A stretch of 63,103 bases of DNA, the filler included, from Octopus bimaculoides (lineage: Eukaryota): the NCBI RefSeq assembly GCF_001194135.2. It is 5 parts of 4 records of this genome, joined end to end, with 100 filler letters (N's around TTAATTAATTAA, not from the genome) between each part and the next. Parts side by side here need not be neighbours in the genome. Positions count along the whole stretch, not along the records: positions 35,264 to 59,880 come from NC_068988.1; 4 more parts are not named here. The stretch is one strand, 5' to 3'. Positions 35,164 to 47,019 of this stretch are shown here, one piece after another. The stretch's first letter is position 1. Each line of letters opens with the position of its first letter. A program made the translations under genes and the position numbers. Below the pieces are notes generated by a model. That model had not been told where the DNA came from. It ran no database searches and was given only the letters and a program-made list of their open reading frames with translations.

Positions 35164-36737
35164 NNNNNNNNNNNNNNNNNNNNNNNNNNNNNNNNNNNNN
35201 NNNNNNNTTAATTAATTAANNNNNNNNNNNNNNNNNNNNNNNNNNNNNNNNNNNNNNNNNNNNAGGGATTACTGTATTCTCTTTTATAATATGAATAGCG
35301 CTCGCGGAATCATTAGCATGTCGGTGAAAATAGTTGACCCCATTCCTCTTAATTGTTTACGTGGTGAGTTCAAATCCCACCAATGTGTTATTTTTTTGTT
35401 TGTCTTTTTTTTGTAGGTCTACAAATTAAAGTGCTACTCTAGCACCGATGCAAGTGACCAATACCTCCCACTAACCCTACTGGTATTGCGATAAAATTTG
35501 AAAGAATATTTTCACCGTTTGTCCTCATGTTCTGCTTCATGAGTAAGATAAAAGTATTTGTTCACCTTCCTCGCAGATATTTCAAACACATTTTTATGAG
35601 TACTCATCAACTAACAAAGGAAATGATGCAGTTTTGTTGTGTCATTTGGGGTTCTATACATTGTGGCATTTGTATGAAGAGCGGCTTCTCTCTATACCAT
35701 AAATTACTCTTTGCTAGCTGAAATGCCAGTTTAAAATCAATCTCTTTCTTCAAACTGCAACTAATATGTTCAAGGGATCAAACCTTCTATCGTTTATTGA
35801 ACACTTCTGTATCCATAACGTGTTTCAATACTTTTATCTGCCAATACAGGAAAGAAAAACTACATATTTCTTTCGCTAGCAGCCCACGTCTTCTGGCAAG
35901 TCATATATAACAGACTCCAAAAACTTCTAATACACATCTGTATTGATTAACTTTATGTTTCTTTGCAGCATAAAGCATGGGAATAAACAAAACCATATAT
36001 AAATAAGTGGTGTGCTAATGTATAAGAGCATATGTATGTATGCCTTCAAATATGTATACATACGTACATTTTTTTTTAAAGTATAGTCATATTCTACGCA
36101 GGATTATCGACATTTCATAATGCAAAATGTACTTTGAATAATGCAAGATTTGGATAGTTAGCTGCTGAATTCTATCTCAGCACTTATGGTTATTTTATAT
36201 ATCTTTCTATGTTAGATATTCATAATAAAATGTATTTCAAAGATTTCATATACATTTCATATCTTTCCAAATGGCATACATGACCAGTGGCCATATTACA
36301 AAATTCGTCAATAGCATTGTAAGATTTTCGATTTAGTATTGCTATTCGATTCTTTGTATTCTTATTGATTAACAGAAGCAAAAATAGAAAAAAAAAAGAG
36401 ATTTCAATGACAGAAACGTTAACTTCAAAGTTTTTGTATCTTTCATTTTGTTCATTATTTTTTTCTTGTCAATATTCATTTCGTAATACCTTCATTCCAA
36501 AATACCTTTAATATATTAGAGCAGACTTTACAGCTGCTAACAGAAATTCTGCTTATTTTATTGCTTTGCCTTCGACAGTGCTTTTCGTCAATGCCCGAAG
36601 ATCAAATGGGGGAGAAATCTGTAAAAAATAACTTGTTTTCTGTATCATTATTTTGAAATAGTAATATACGACACGAAACGCGGATCCATATAAATACAGG
36701 CATATCTTCCTATACGCATATTTATATACACACACAT

Positions 36738-36775
<38 letters not shown>

Positions 36776-38184
36776 ACGCATACAAACACAAACACAAAAA
36801 AACACACATATTCATATGATTCTTTAGTACAAAGGACGACTCAAATAAGTGATAGTATGTAACTATACACGTACATACATGTGTGAGTGTGTATATGTAT
36901 CTCTCTCTCTCTCTCTCCCCCCTTNNNNNNNNNNNNNNNNNNNNNNNNNNNNNNNNNNNNNNNNNNNNNNNNNNNNNNNNNNNNNNNNNNNNNNNNNNNN
37001 NNNNNNNNNNNNNNNNNNNNNNNNNNNNNNNNNNNNNNNNNNNNNNNNNNNNNNNNNNNNNNNNNNNNNNNNNNNNNNNNNNNNNNNNNNNNNNNNNNNN
37101 NNNNNNNNNNNNNNNNNNNNNNNNNNNNNNNNNNNNNNNNNNNNNNNNNNNNNNNNNNNNNNNNNNNNNNNNNNNNNNNNNNNNNNNNNNNNNNNNNNNN
37201 NNNNNNNNNNNNNNNNNNNNNNNNNNNNNNNNNNNNNNNNNNNNNNNNNNNNNNNNNNNNNNNNNNNNNNNNNNNNNNNNNNNNNNNNNNNNNNNNNNNN
37301 NNNNNNNNNNNNNNNNNNNNNNNNNNNNNNTAAATTTCATCTTTCAATACATATTGGTTGCGCATTATTTATTTGATATTTAGTTGAATGATTCAAAAGT
37401 GCCAATAAAAGAATTTTCAGAGTGTTGACCCATAAATTATCGGATTCCTGCATATTTTCATAAATTAAATACGCAAAGTATATTACAAGAACTATTTTCT
37501 TAATATTTTAGTAATATGAAATATAAGTCCCTCGTTCATGGCATTCATCTTTATTGTTTATTACTCCCCAGTACATATACTACCTATGTTATATTTATAT
37601 TTTTTACTTTTAGGGCCAACAAAGAACCAGTCCCCACCCACAAAAAAAGCACAATAGATTTGTTAAAGCGTGGAAGCATACGAGTATATGATCACCTGTA
37701 TATGAATCATACGGACATCTATCGGAGTTGTATAGGTAGGGAAATATGTAGAAGGTTCATTAAATGGTCACCGGACACGTACAATTTGAAATTTTGGTCA
37801 TGTATTTTCACCGAAAATCTATAAACTTATGTATGTATGTATGTATGTATGTATGTATGTATGTGTGTATGTATGTGTGTGTATGTATGTGTGTGTATGT
37901 ATGTATAAGTTGAGAAAAAGTTATGCTGTGGAACAGCTTCCCTATGAACAATAAGGACCTGTGTTTGAAACAGAATGTGTCCACCTTGTCATATACCGTA
38001 TTTGTCTGTTATTTGCCATTTACCCCGTCAACAGACATCAAAACCAGTAAAAATACATTGATCATGATTCTACTATTGACAAAAGTTTACTCTGTTTAAA
38101 TTTGTATTTCTATAAAAACAATACAATGTCTCACTTTTCATTTTATTTTATGTGAATGTGTTTGAATCATATATGTACGTATAC

Positions 38185-38242
<58 letters not shown>

Positions 38243-39214
38243 ATTGTGCTGTGCGTGTGCATTGTGCTGTGCGTTTGCATTGTATTGTGTGTGTGTGTGT
38301 CTGCTTATATGAAACGAAGGATCAATAAATATACCTCAAAATGTAGTAAGCATATATGTTTTATGTAACTGTTACATATTACAAAATTAATACGTAATAA
38401 ATAAGAAGAAAAACAACTTGTGAAAAAAGATCCGGTTAACGTTTATCTCTTAGTCAATTATTTCTGCAGTGTCACTTTTCATAGCAATTTTACTACGCCT
38501 CCCTAATAGAATATGTTTCTTCAAACTGATTAAAATAAAAGCATTTACTGCTATGGAATTCACTCACAGTGCAACAAGAAACAGGAAATAACAATTAGAT
38601 GACGGAAATTTCAAATTAAATACGACCAACCAACGCATATTACCGAATTAATTTGTAGATCTGTTAGCATTCAACATGAGATAGTTGAAGTTGTTTATAT
38701 CTGTATCTAGTGAGGTTTATCTGTTAACTGCAATCGTCATTTCTGTATTTTTTTCTAGGTCACAGATGAACTATAAATCATACCTACCCCTAACTCTTAA
38801 CAATTTACGTTATTAACTGAACACATTTCTAAGTATATTCCAATGAAATGTATGATAAATAAATCTTCGAAGATCTTTTAAAGGATATCCTGTAAGTAGC
38901 GAACATGCTCATGCATATTTATTTATGTAAATATATAAATGTTTCATGTTATCAGAAGGTTCATGCATCAATTTCACAACGCCTAAATATGTATGTCATT
39001 ATTCAGTTTATTTCAAGATTTCTTGCCAGTAGAGAAAGAACCAGTTTCTAACCAACATCCAAGGTTCCTTCATTGGAATTTCAGCATGAAGAACAGGATA
39101 GTTTTGTTTTTAAGTATGTATGTATCTATGTATGTGTCTATGTATGTATCTATGTATGTATGTACGTATGTGTATGTATGTTGAGTGATTTTTTTTCATA
39201 CAAGGTATGGAGAT

Positions 39215-39720
39215 TAATCGATTATATATTGTCCAATTTCGTCGATGACCTTTTGCCATCTTTCCGGCAACTTCATGATTCTGCGCTCGTAGAACTACTA
39301 CTGGTCCTTATCGGCCAAAAACTGAAGCAAGTGCGATTTCAGGTCATCATCATTGTTGAAAGTTTTACCATTCAAAGTATTTTGAAAACTTCGAAATAAA
39401 TGGTTATCTGATGGTGCAAGGTCAGGGCGATATGGTGGATGAGACATTACTTCCCAACCAAGCTCCAATAAGTTTCCACGAGTTCGCAAAAACGTGTCAT
39501 CTAGCGTTGTCATGGTGGGATGGCCGTTGTTATTTGATTGATTCCTCCAGTTTCATTAGTTATTGACAGTAAACATCTGATTTCATCATTTTGTTCCTTG
39601 GAAGCAGATCGTAATACACAACACATTTGTAATCTCACCAAGTTAACAGCATAGCGGTTTTGTCTTTTTTTTTTGTTCTTTTTTATGCAATTCAGCTGGT
39701 CGCTGATAAACTTACCCACT
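39215..39720 (-). mobile_element. mariner transposase C-terminal relic
   Basis: W*DYKCVVYYDLLP..DVYCQ, HHDNAR, WEVMSHPPYRPDLAPSDNHLF, LPERWQKVID. Confidence 0.92.
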
Positions 39721-41179
39721 CACATATTTTCTTTCTGGTCCGATAGCTCATCAGTTGCAAAGATTGTCTCTCCTTTCTCCATCGTTACCAGCTCGTTACC
39801 ATTCTAAGCGTTACCAACTATTCTCAAAGCCGTATTTTGTTCAATTGTTTCTCCTCGTCCTAAATCACACACTGTGGCGTTTTGCTTGTTTTGTTTTGTT
39901 TTATTTGCTCTTGTCCCTAATTCTACGCAAGAAAACTTTTTTTGCAGGCATCACCAGTTTGGAAGCATTCAGTCTTGTCGTTAAATGTGTGAAACTGAAA
40001 AGTACCAATGGTCGATAATCGATGAAGAATTATGTACTTTCTGTTTGTATCCCGTTTGTTTTTTTACTCTCAGCATAGGCTGTGGCGTCTGTTTATATAT
40101 TTTTCTCATTTTTCTCATTTATTGAGTAATGGAACGCACACTTAATTTGTATTGACAAGTAAGTTTATAGATATATGTGTGTGTGTGTGTGTGTGTGTGC
40201 GTGTGTGTGTGTGCATGTATGTATGTATGTATGTGTATGTATGTATATATATATATATATATANNNNNNNNNNNNNNNNNNNNNNNNNNNNNNNNNNNNN
40301 NNNNNNNNNNNNNNNNNNNNNNNNNNNNNNNNNNNNNNNNNNNNNNNNNNNNNNNNNNNNNNNNNNNNNNNNNNNNNNNNNNNNNNNNNNNNNNNNNNNN
40401 NNNNNNNNNNNNNNNNNNNNNNNNNNNNNNNNNNNNNNNNNNNNNNNNNNNNNNNNNNNNNNNNNNNNNNNNNNNNNNNNNNNNNNNNNNNNNNNNNNNN
40501 NNNNNNNNNNNNNNNNNNNNNNNNNNNNNNNNNNNNNNNNNNNNNNNNNNNNNNNNNNNNNNNNNNNNNNNNNNNNNNNNNNNNNNNNNNNNNNNNNNNN
40601 NNNNNNNNNNNNNNNNNNNNNNNNNNNNNNNNNNNNNNNNNNNNNNNNNNNNNNNNNNNNNNNNNNNNNNNNNNNNNNNNNNNNNNNNNNNNNNNNNNNN
40701 NNNNNNNNNNNNNNNNNNNNNNNNNNNNNNNNNNNNNNNNNNNNNNNNNNNNNNNNNNNNNNNNNNNNNNNNNNNNNNNNNNNNNNNNNNNNNNNNNNNN
40801 NNNNNNNNNNNNNNNNNNNNNNNNNNNNNNNNNNNNNNNNNNNNNNNNNNNNNNNNNNNNNNNNNNNNNNNNNNNNNNNNNNNNNNNNNNNNNNNNNNNN
40901 NNNNNNNNNNNNNNNNNNNNNNNNNNNNNNNNNNNNNNNNNNNNNNNNNNNNNNNNNNNNNNNNNNNNNNNNNNNNNNNNTTTTTTTTTTTTTTTTTTTT
41001 TTTTTTTTCAGTGTTCTCTATTTTATTCTGGCTTATATCTTACATGAGATGGGTTAAGTCCTTTATTTTTAAAATGAGTTCATATTTATTTCTGCTTTAT
41101 ATTTTTGGATAAAATGAGGCTTCTTTATTCACTCTTACTTGTATTAAGGTCCAGAAGGCAAGTTAATAAAATGGGAAAA

Positions 41180-41610
41180 TTACGAATTGTGGTTATCATC
41201 GTTCTGCATATTCGTCAATGTGTTGACTGAGTATATTTGGCGATATGGTGGGGATGAAATTTGTTCTTTGTGCACCGTACATCTCTTTCGGATCGAATTT
41301 TCTGTCGAGCTAAAATAGTTTCGATGGCAGCCCGAGCATCTAATTACGTAAATGAGGTTTTGGGATGCGTATGTGAAGATAGATTTGATCTTGGATATTT
41401 GTCCTTGTTCGAAATGGAAATCCGATCCTTCCAACAGATTGGGACATTGCCCGCAATGAGGGCAACTACACTTTGCGACTCTTGCATCCGTTGTTCTAGA
41501 GAACAGTTTAGCATCGGTGAGAATCTTCTTCAATATCTTAGGCTGTTTGCTGGTCTTAATGATTTTATGGTTACGTAGAATGTCCTTAAGTTTGGCGTCC
41601 CTATGTAGTA
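41180..41610 (-). mobile_element. Penelope-like element GIY-YIG endonuclease relic
   Basis: SKQPKILKKILT..CSCPHCGQCP..SQNLIYVIRCSGCHRNYFSSTENSIRKRCTVHKEQI. Confidence 0.85.
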
Positions 41611-41719
41611 TTGGAACATTTTGCATATCTTTATTATCATGGCTCTACTATACCCTTAAATCATGTAAAACAAATCTTTTGTGTTTTGTCATCTTTTCTC
41701 TCTCTTTCTCTCTCTCTGC

Positions 41720-41788
<69 letters not shown>

Positions 41789-41855
41789 ATTTACTTTTCG
41801 TAAGATAAAAAAAAAACAAAGATGTGTATAATATAGAACATTTATAAATAGAATG

Positions 41856-41902
41856 TCTTACAGCTGTTTCCAGGATATTCAATATATCCCTTCATCGGAG
41901 AC
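41856..41902 (-). ncRNA. Minimal type-I hammerhead ribozyme between two Penelope-like relics
   Basis: Minus GTCT-CCGATGA-AG-GGATAT(ATTGA)ATATCC-TG-GAAAC-AGCT-GTA-AGAC: 4-bp helix I, 6-bp helix II, palindromic ACAGCTGT, GUA triplet. Confidence 0.65.
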
Positions 41903-41959
41903 TGTGTGAGAGGATGTAAAATATAAAATGTAAAGTCGAAATATGTACTAGCATTGTAA

Positions 41960-42545
41960 TACAAAAATAACTATATAAAGCCAAATTCAAATGCGAAAGT
42001 CAAAATTTTCCGAAAGTCAAGAATTTTACCCATACGGTTTGACAGATTAACCTTGCAGCATGTCTGGAAGAATTTAAGAGCTCGCGTCTCTGGTTCATGC
42101 ATGTTTATCCTGGAGCAGGGTGAAGAACTTTTCTTAGAGGCAAAGATCACATTTCCTAGATCTTTTAAAAGCTCCATGTTTGTATGGTGGGGATTTTTCC
42201 AAAATTGCCCAGCTGATATTGAAAGGACGGGGATCATACTCCTTCAATTGCGTTACATGTTTTGCAAGACTTGTTGCTGTCCTATTCTCGGTATATCGGA
42301 AAGAATTTTGGTGGAAATAAAACCAAGTCGTGAATAAATTTTCCGATGTCCCTGTGTAAGTTTTATATTATTGTGAACCATCTATTTGCACCTTAGCACT
42401 ATAAGCAATTCCTTTTTAAAGACATTTATCTTCTAACGGACAGCAAATCTTATTTTCTAAATTGTAGTTCCTCAGATTAGATTCGGTATTGCGGTTGTTT
42501 GTAATAATTTTGTGTTAACCTGGCGAAGTTTTTGCAAGAAGAATA
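41960..42545 (-). mobile_element. Second, different Penelope-like GIY-YIG relic
   Basis: CCPLEDKCL*KGIAYSAKV..TYTGTSE..ATSLAKHV..NISWAILEK..CDLCL*EK..MNQRRELL. Confidence 0.85.
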
Positions 42546-43858
42546 GTTAACCTCTCTCTTTCTCTCTCTTTATATATAAACACATGCACACGCACGTACA
42601 TATGTCCAAGATTTTCGTATTTATGTGTGCCGTTGTTCGAAATGTGAGCTAGTGGCTGGTGGGGAGGAGAAATGGACATTAGGCTTGTGTTTAGTGGCGT
42701 AGAAGGAGGAGGGTGAATACATAGGTGTGTGTGCACATAGATGTTTGTGTGTGGATGTTTATGTGCGCACTGAACGTTTATGGAGATGAAAGTAGATGTT
42801 TTAGTTTGAGGGGTCAGTCTGCGGTATGCGTAGGCATTGGTGGTTGGAAACCTGTCCCTGGTTGGCCATTGTTGTGGTGCAACCAGTGTTTTGATGCCAT
42901 CGGATGGTGTTAGAGTGGCTCTGTAGACTTGAGAGGCATAATCATAGTGGAGAGACACTAATAGGGTTTTGGAAGTTGCTGATTGGTGCTGGAAGTTCAG
43001 TAACCACATGTTTGCGTCTGTTGTAGCATACAATATTTTAAGTGGAGGTAATTTGTGCAAAATATACCTGCAGTTTCCATCTCATATTAAGAAACGGTAG
43101 ATGTTCATTAATTTATTAATACTAAAAGATAGACTATGACTTATTTATTGTTTGTAGAAAACGGATAATTCTCGGCGTATTAAAAATAATAATTCCTAAG
43201 GTTGCGGGATATCTTAAGTAGAAAATATATGGATAATACTTAAAAAAGGAACTGAACAAGTTGAGTGTTATGATTTTAGGACAGTAGTACTTCGATATAA
43301 ACATACATATATGTGTATGTAAGTATGTATATATACATAGAGATTATTTATATATGTATATATATATATATATATNNNNNNNNNNNNNNNNNNNNNNNNN
43401 NNNNNNNNNNNNNNNNNNNNNNNNNNNNNNNNNNNNNNNNNNNNNNNNNNNNNNNNNNNNNNNNNNNNNNNNNNNNNNNNNNNNNNNNNNNNNNNNNNNN
43501 NNNNNNNNNNNNNNNNNNNNNNNNNNNNNNNNNNNNNNNNNNNNNNNNNNNNNNNNNNNNNNNNNNNNNNNNNNNNNNNNNNNNNNNNNNNNNNNNNNNN
43601 NNNNNNNNNNNNNNNNNNNNNNNNNNNNNNNNNNNNNNNNNNNNNNNNNNNNNNNNNNNNNNNNNNNNNNNNNNNNNNNNNNNNNNNNNNNNNNNNNNNN
43701 NNNNNNNNNNNNNNNNNNNNNNNNNNNNNNNNNNNNTATATATATATATATACATACATATGTATATAAATATATATGTATAAATATACGTATATATAAT
43801 ATATATATACATGCTTGTGTGTGTGTGTGTACATACATGTCAATGTATATATGTGCAT

Positions 43859-43889
<31 letters not shown>

Positions 43890-44472
43890 TATGTATACAT
43901 ATTAAAATGCATGTATAAAACTTGTATATAGCCATAAATATTTTGAGATTGTCTATGTATACAGAATTCGCGAGTTTTCATTCTGAAATAACGTCTTGGC
44001 TAATTTAAAGACATAAGGCTAGTGTTAATGGAGTGAAATACATTAACTAAGCATGATTGGTTTTATTTATAGCTGTAACTTCATAGAGATACAGGCACTA
44101 ACACAGAGACGGATACATGCACACAACTATACACGCACGCACACACACACTCATATGGATAAACCTATTCATTCAAACATCTGCATATATTTATTCTTGC
44201 TAACTCAATGAATCACATTCTGACACATTAATGAAAAAAAGGAACCAAAAAAAAAAAAGAAGTTATATTTCTGAGATGAAAATATTCAGCAGTCTACCTA
44301 CCTCCTGTAAATTTCTAATACATTACACCAACATCAAATTTGCATTTTATCGTGAAAATATATACAATAATGTTTTCGCAGGACTTTCAATCAGTCAAAA
44401 CTAAAATCACTCCGACAGAAATCTGAGAATAAACATGAACATTATTGACTTCGGAACGATGCCTACATGAAA

Positions 44473-44517
44473 GGAATAATAATAATAATAATAATAATAA
44501 CAACAATGACAAGAACA

Positions 44518-44584
<67 letters not shown>
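44473..44584. repeat. (AAT)n microsatellite next to a gap
   Basis: Directly visible. Confidence 0.97.
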
Positions 44585-45793
44585 NNNNNNNNNNNNNNNN
44601 NNNNNNNNNNNNNNNNNNNNNNNNNNNNNNNNNNNNNNNNNNNNNNNNNNNNNNNNNNNNNNNNNNNNNNNNNNNNNNNNNNNNNNNNNNNNNNNNNNNN
44701 NNNNNNNNNNNNNNNNNNNNNNNNNNNNNNNNNNNNNNNNNNNNNNNNNNNNNNNNNNNNNNNNNNNNNNNNNNNNNNNNNNNNNNNNNNNNNNNNNNNN
44801 NNNNNNNNNNNNNNNNNNNNNNNNNNNNNNNNNNNNNNNNNNNNNNNNNNNNNNNNNNNNNNNNNNNNNNNNNNNNNNNNNNNNNNNNNNNNNNNNNNNN
44901 NNNNNNNNNNNNNNNNNNNNNNNNNNNNNNNNNNNNNNNNNNNNNNNNNNNNNNNNNNNNNNNNNNNNNNNNNNNNNNNNNNNNNNNNNNNNNNNNNNNN
45001 NNNNNNNNNNNNNNNNNNNNNNNNNNNNNNNNNNNNNNNNNNNNNNNNNNNNNNNGTCTGTGCGCGCGCGAGAGTTGCTAGCCTCATCAATATAAATGTT
45101 TTTCGCGTTTTACTTCAGATATATATTTGATTTTTGTTTCGTCGTTAAAACTTCACATTCGAAACTGCATCTCCTTTTTTCCTTCATTTTGATGTAGTAA
45201 ACTTCACATAAAAATATACATAATGGTAATAAAGCAAAAGGTTTTTAATATTTTTTTTTCAGCTTTTCTTCTCTTTTCTTTTTTTCGTTTTTTTTGTCGC
45301 CAATAATTCGAGCAGAATTTGAAATTTCCCTATATAGGTATATTGCGTTAGGTTCTTTACATACATTCTTCTTTTTCCTTTTCTATAACATTTTCGCAAC
45401 ATATTTGAATATATTTTGGAAACTGGATAACATTTTTCTTTCTGTGTTATGGTATTACTGTTTTGATCATTATTTCATTCTATTTTACTTATGCATTAAT
45501 CTGCTTATGATTTTTACTCCGTGTTATATACTCTCACGCACACACAGAACTTGTGCACACACAGAAACACATGCGTACACACACGCACGCACACACATAT
45601 ATACATATAAACACAAACATGCATGTATGATTATCTATATATTTTTATATATACGTGTATATAAATGTGTTTGTGTGTGTGTGTATACAAGTACGCATGC
45701 AAATATATATATATATATATACATACATATGCACATATACACATACACACGCGCATGCACACAACCCCCACACATATGTATATATATATATAT

Positions 45794-45831
<38 letters not shown>

Positions 45832-47019
45832 NNNNNNNNNNNNNNNNNNNNNNNNNNNNNNNNNNNNNNNNNNNNNNNNNNNNNNNNNNNNNNNNNNNNN
45901 NNNNNNNNNNNNNNNNNNNNNNNNNNNNNNNNNNNNNNNNNNNNNNNNNNNNNNNNNNNNNNNNNNNNNNNNNNNNNNNNNNNNNNNNNNNNNNNNNNNN
46001 NNNNNNNNNNNNNNNNNNNNNNNNNNNNNNNNNNNNNNNNNNNNNNNNNNNNNNNNNNNNNNNNNNNNNNNNNNNNNNNNNNNNNNNNNNNNNNNNNNNN
46101 NNNNNNNNNNNNNNNNNNNNNNNNNNNNNNNNNNNNNNNNNNNNNNNNNNNNNNNNNNNNNNNNNNNNNNNNNNNNNNNNNNNNNNNNNNNNNNNNNNNN
46201 NNNNNNNNNNNNNNNNNNNNNNNNNNNNNNNNNNNNNNNNNNNNNNNNNNNNNNNNNNNNNNNNNNNNNNNNNNNNNNNNNNNNNNNNNNNNNNNNNNNN
46301 NNNNNNNNNNNNNNNNNNNNNNNNNNNNNNNNNNNNNNNNNNNNNNNNNNNNNNNNNNNNNNNNNNNNNNNNNNNNNNNNNNNNNNNNNNNNNNNNNNNN
46401 NNNNNNNNNNNNNNNNNNNNNNNNNNNNNNNNNNNNNNNNNNNNNNNNNNNNNNNNNNNNNNNNNNNNNNNNNNNNNNNNNNNNNNNNNNNNNNNNNNNN
46501 NNNNNNNNNNNNNNNNNNNNNNNNNNNNNNNNNNNNNNNNNNNNNNNNNNNNNNNNNNNNNNNNNNNNNNNNNNNNNNNNNNNNNNNNNNNNNNNNNNNN
46601 NNNNNNNNNNNNNNNNNNNNNNNNNNNNNNNNNNNNNNNNNNNNNNNNNNNNNNNNNNNNNNNNNNNNNNNNNNNNNNNNNNNNNNNNNNNNNNNNNNNN
46701 NNNNNNNNNNNNNNNNNNNNNNNNNNNNNNNNNNNNNNNNNTATACATGAATGCATATATAGTCCTATGCGAGAAAAAAATATATAACATGCATTTCCTT
46801 GCCTGTTCTTTTAGGTTATTTTCTTGGTTGATATGTTTCTTGTCATATTTTATGGAACTTACAATTCAAAAAAATTGGTTTGAGCGCATTTTTTATACCT
46901 TAAATTTCGGCATAATTCACAACGTATAATCTGACTATACTTCATAGATTTTCATAGAAAGAAAATAACTTGATGAATTGAAACATGCATATTTATAATT
47001 ATCCATGTATATACACGGA

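Noticed and set aside
35577-35700. Candidate exon after CCTTCCTCGCAG
   Set aside because: Two frames are open, no clear donor, peptide not recognised.
42515-43060. 181-aa minus-strand ORF as a host gene
   Set aside because: Ends in (CA)/(GA) repeats, lies against a Penelope relic and has no splice or domain support; more likely element-derived.
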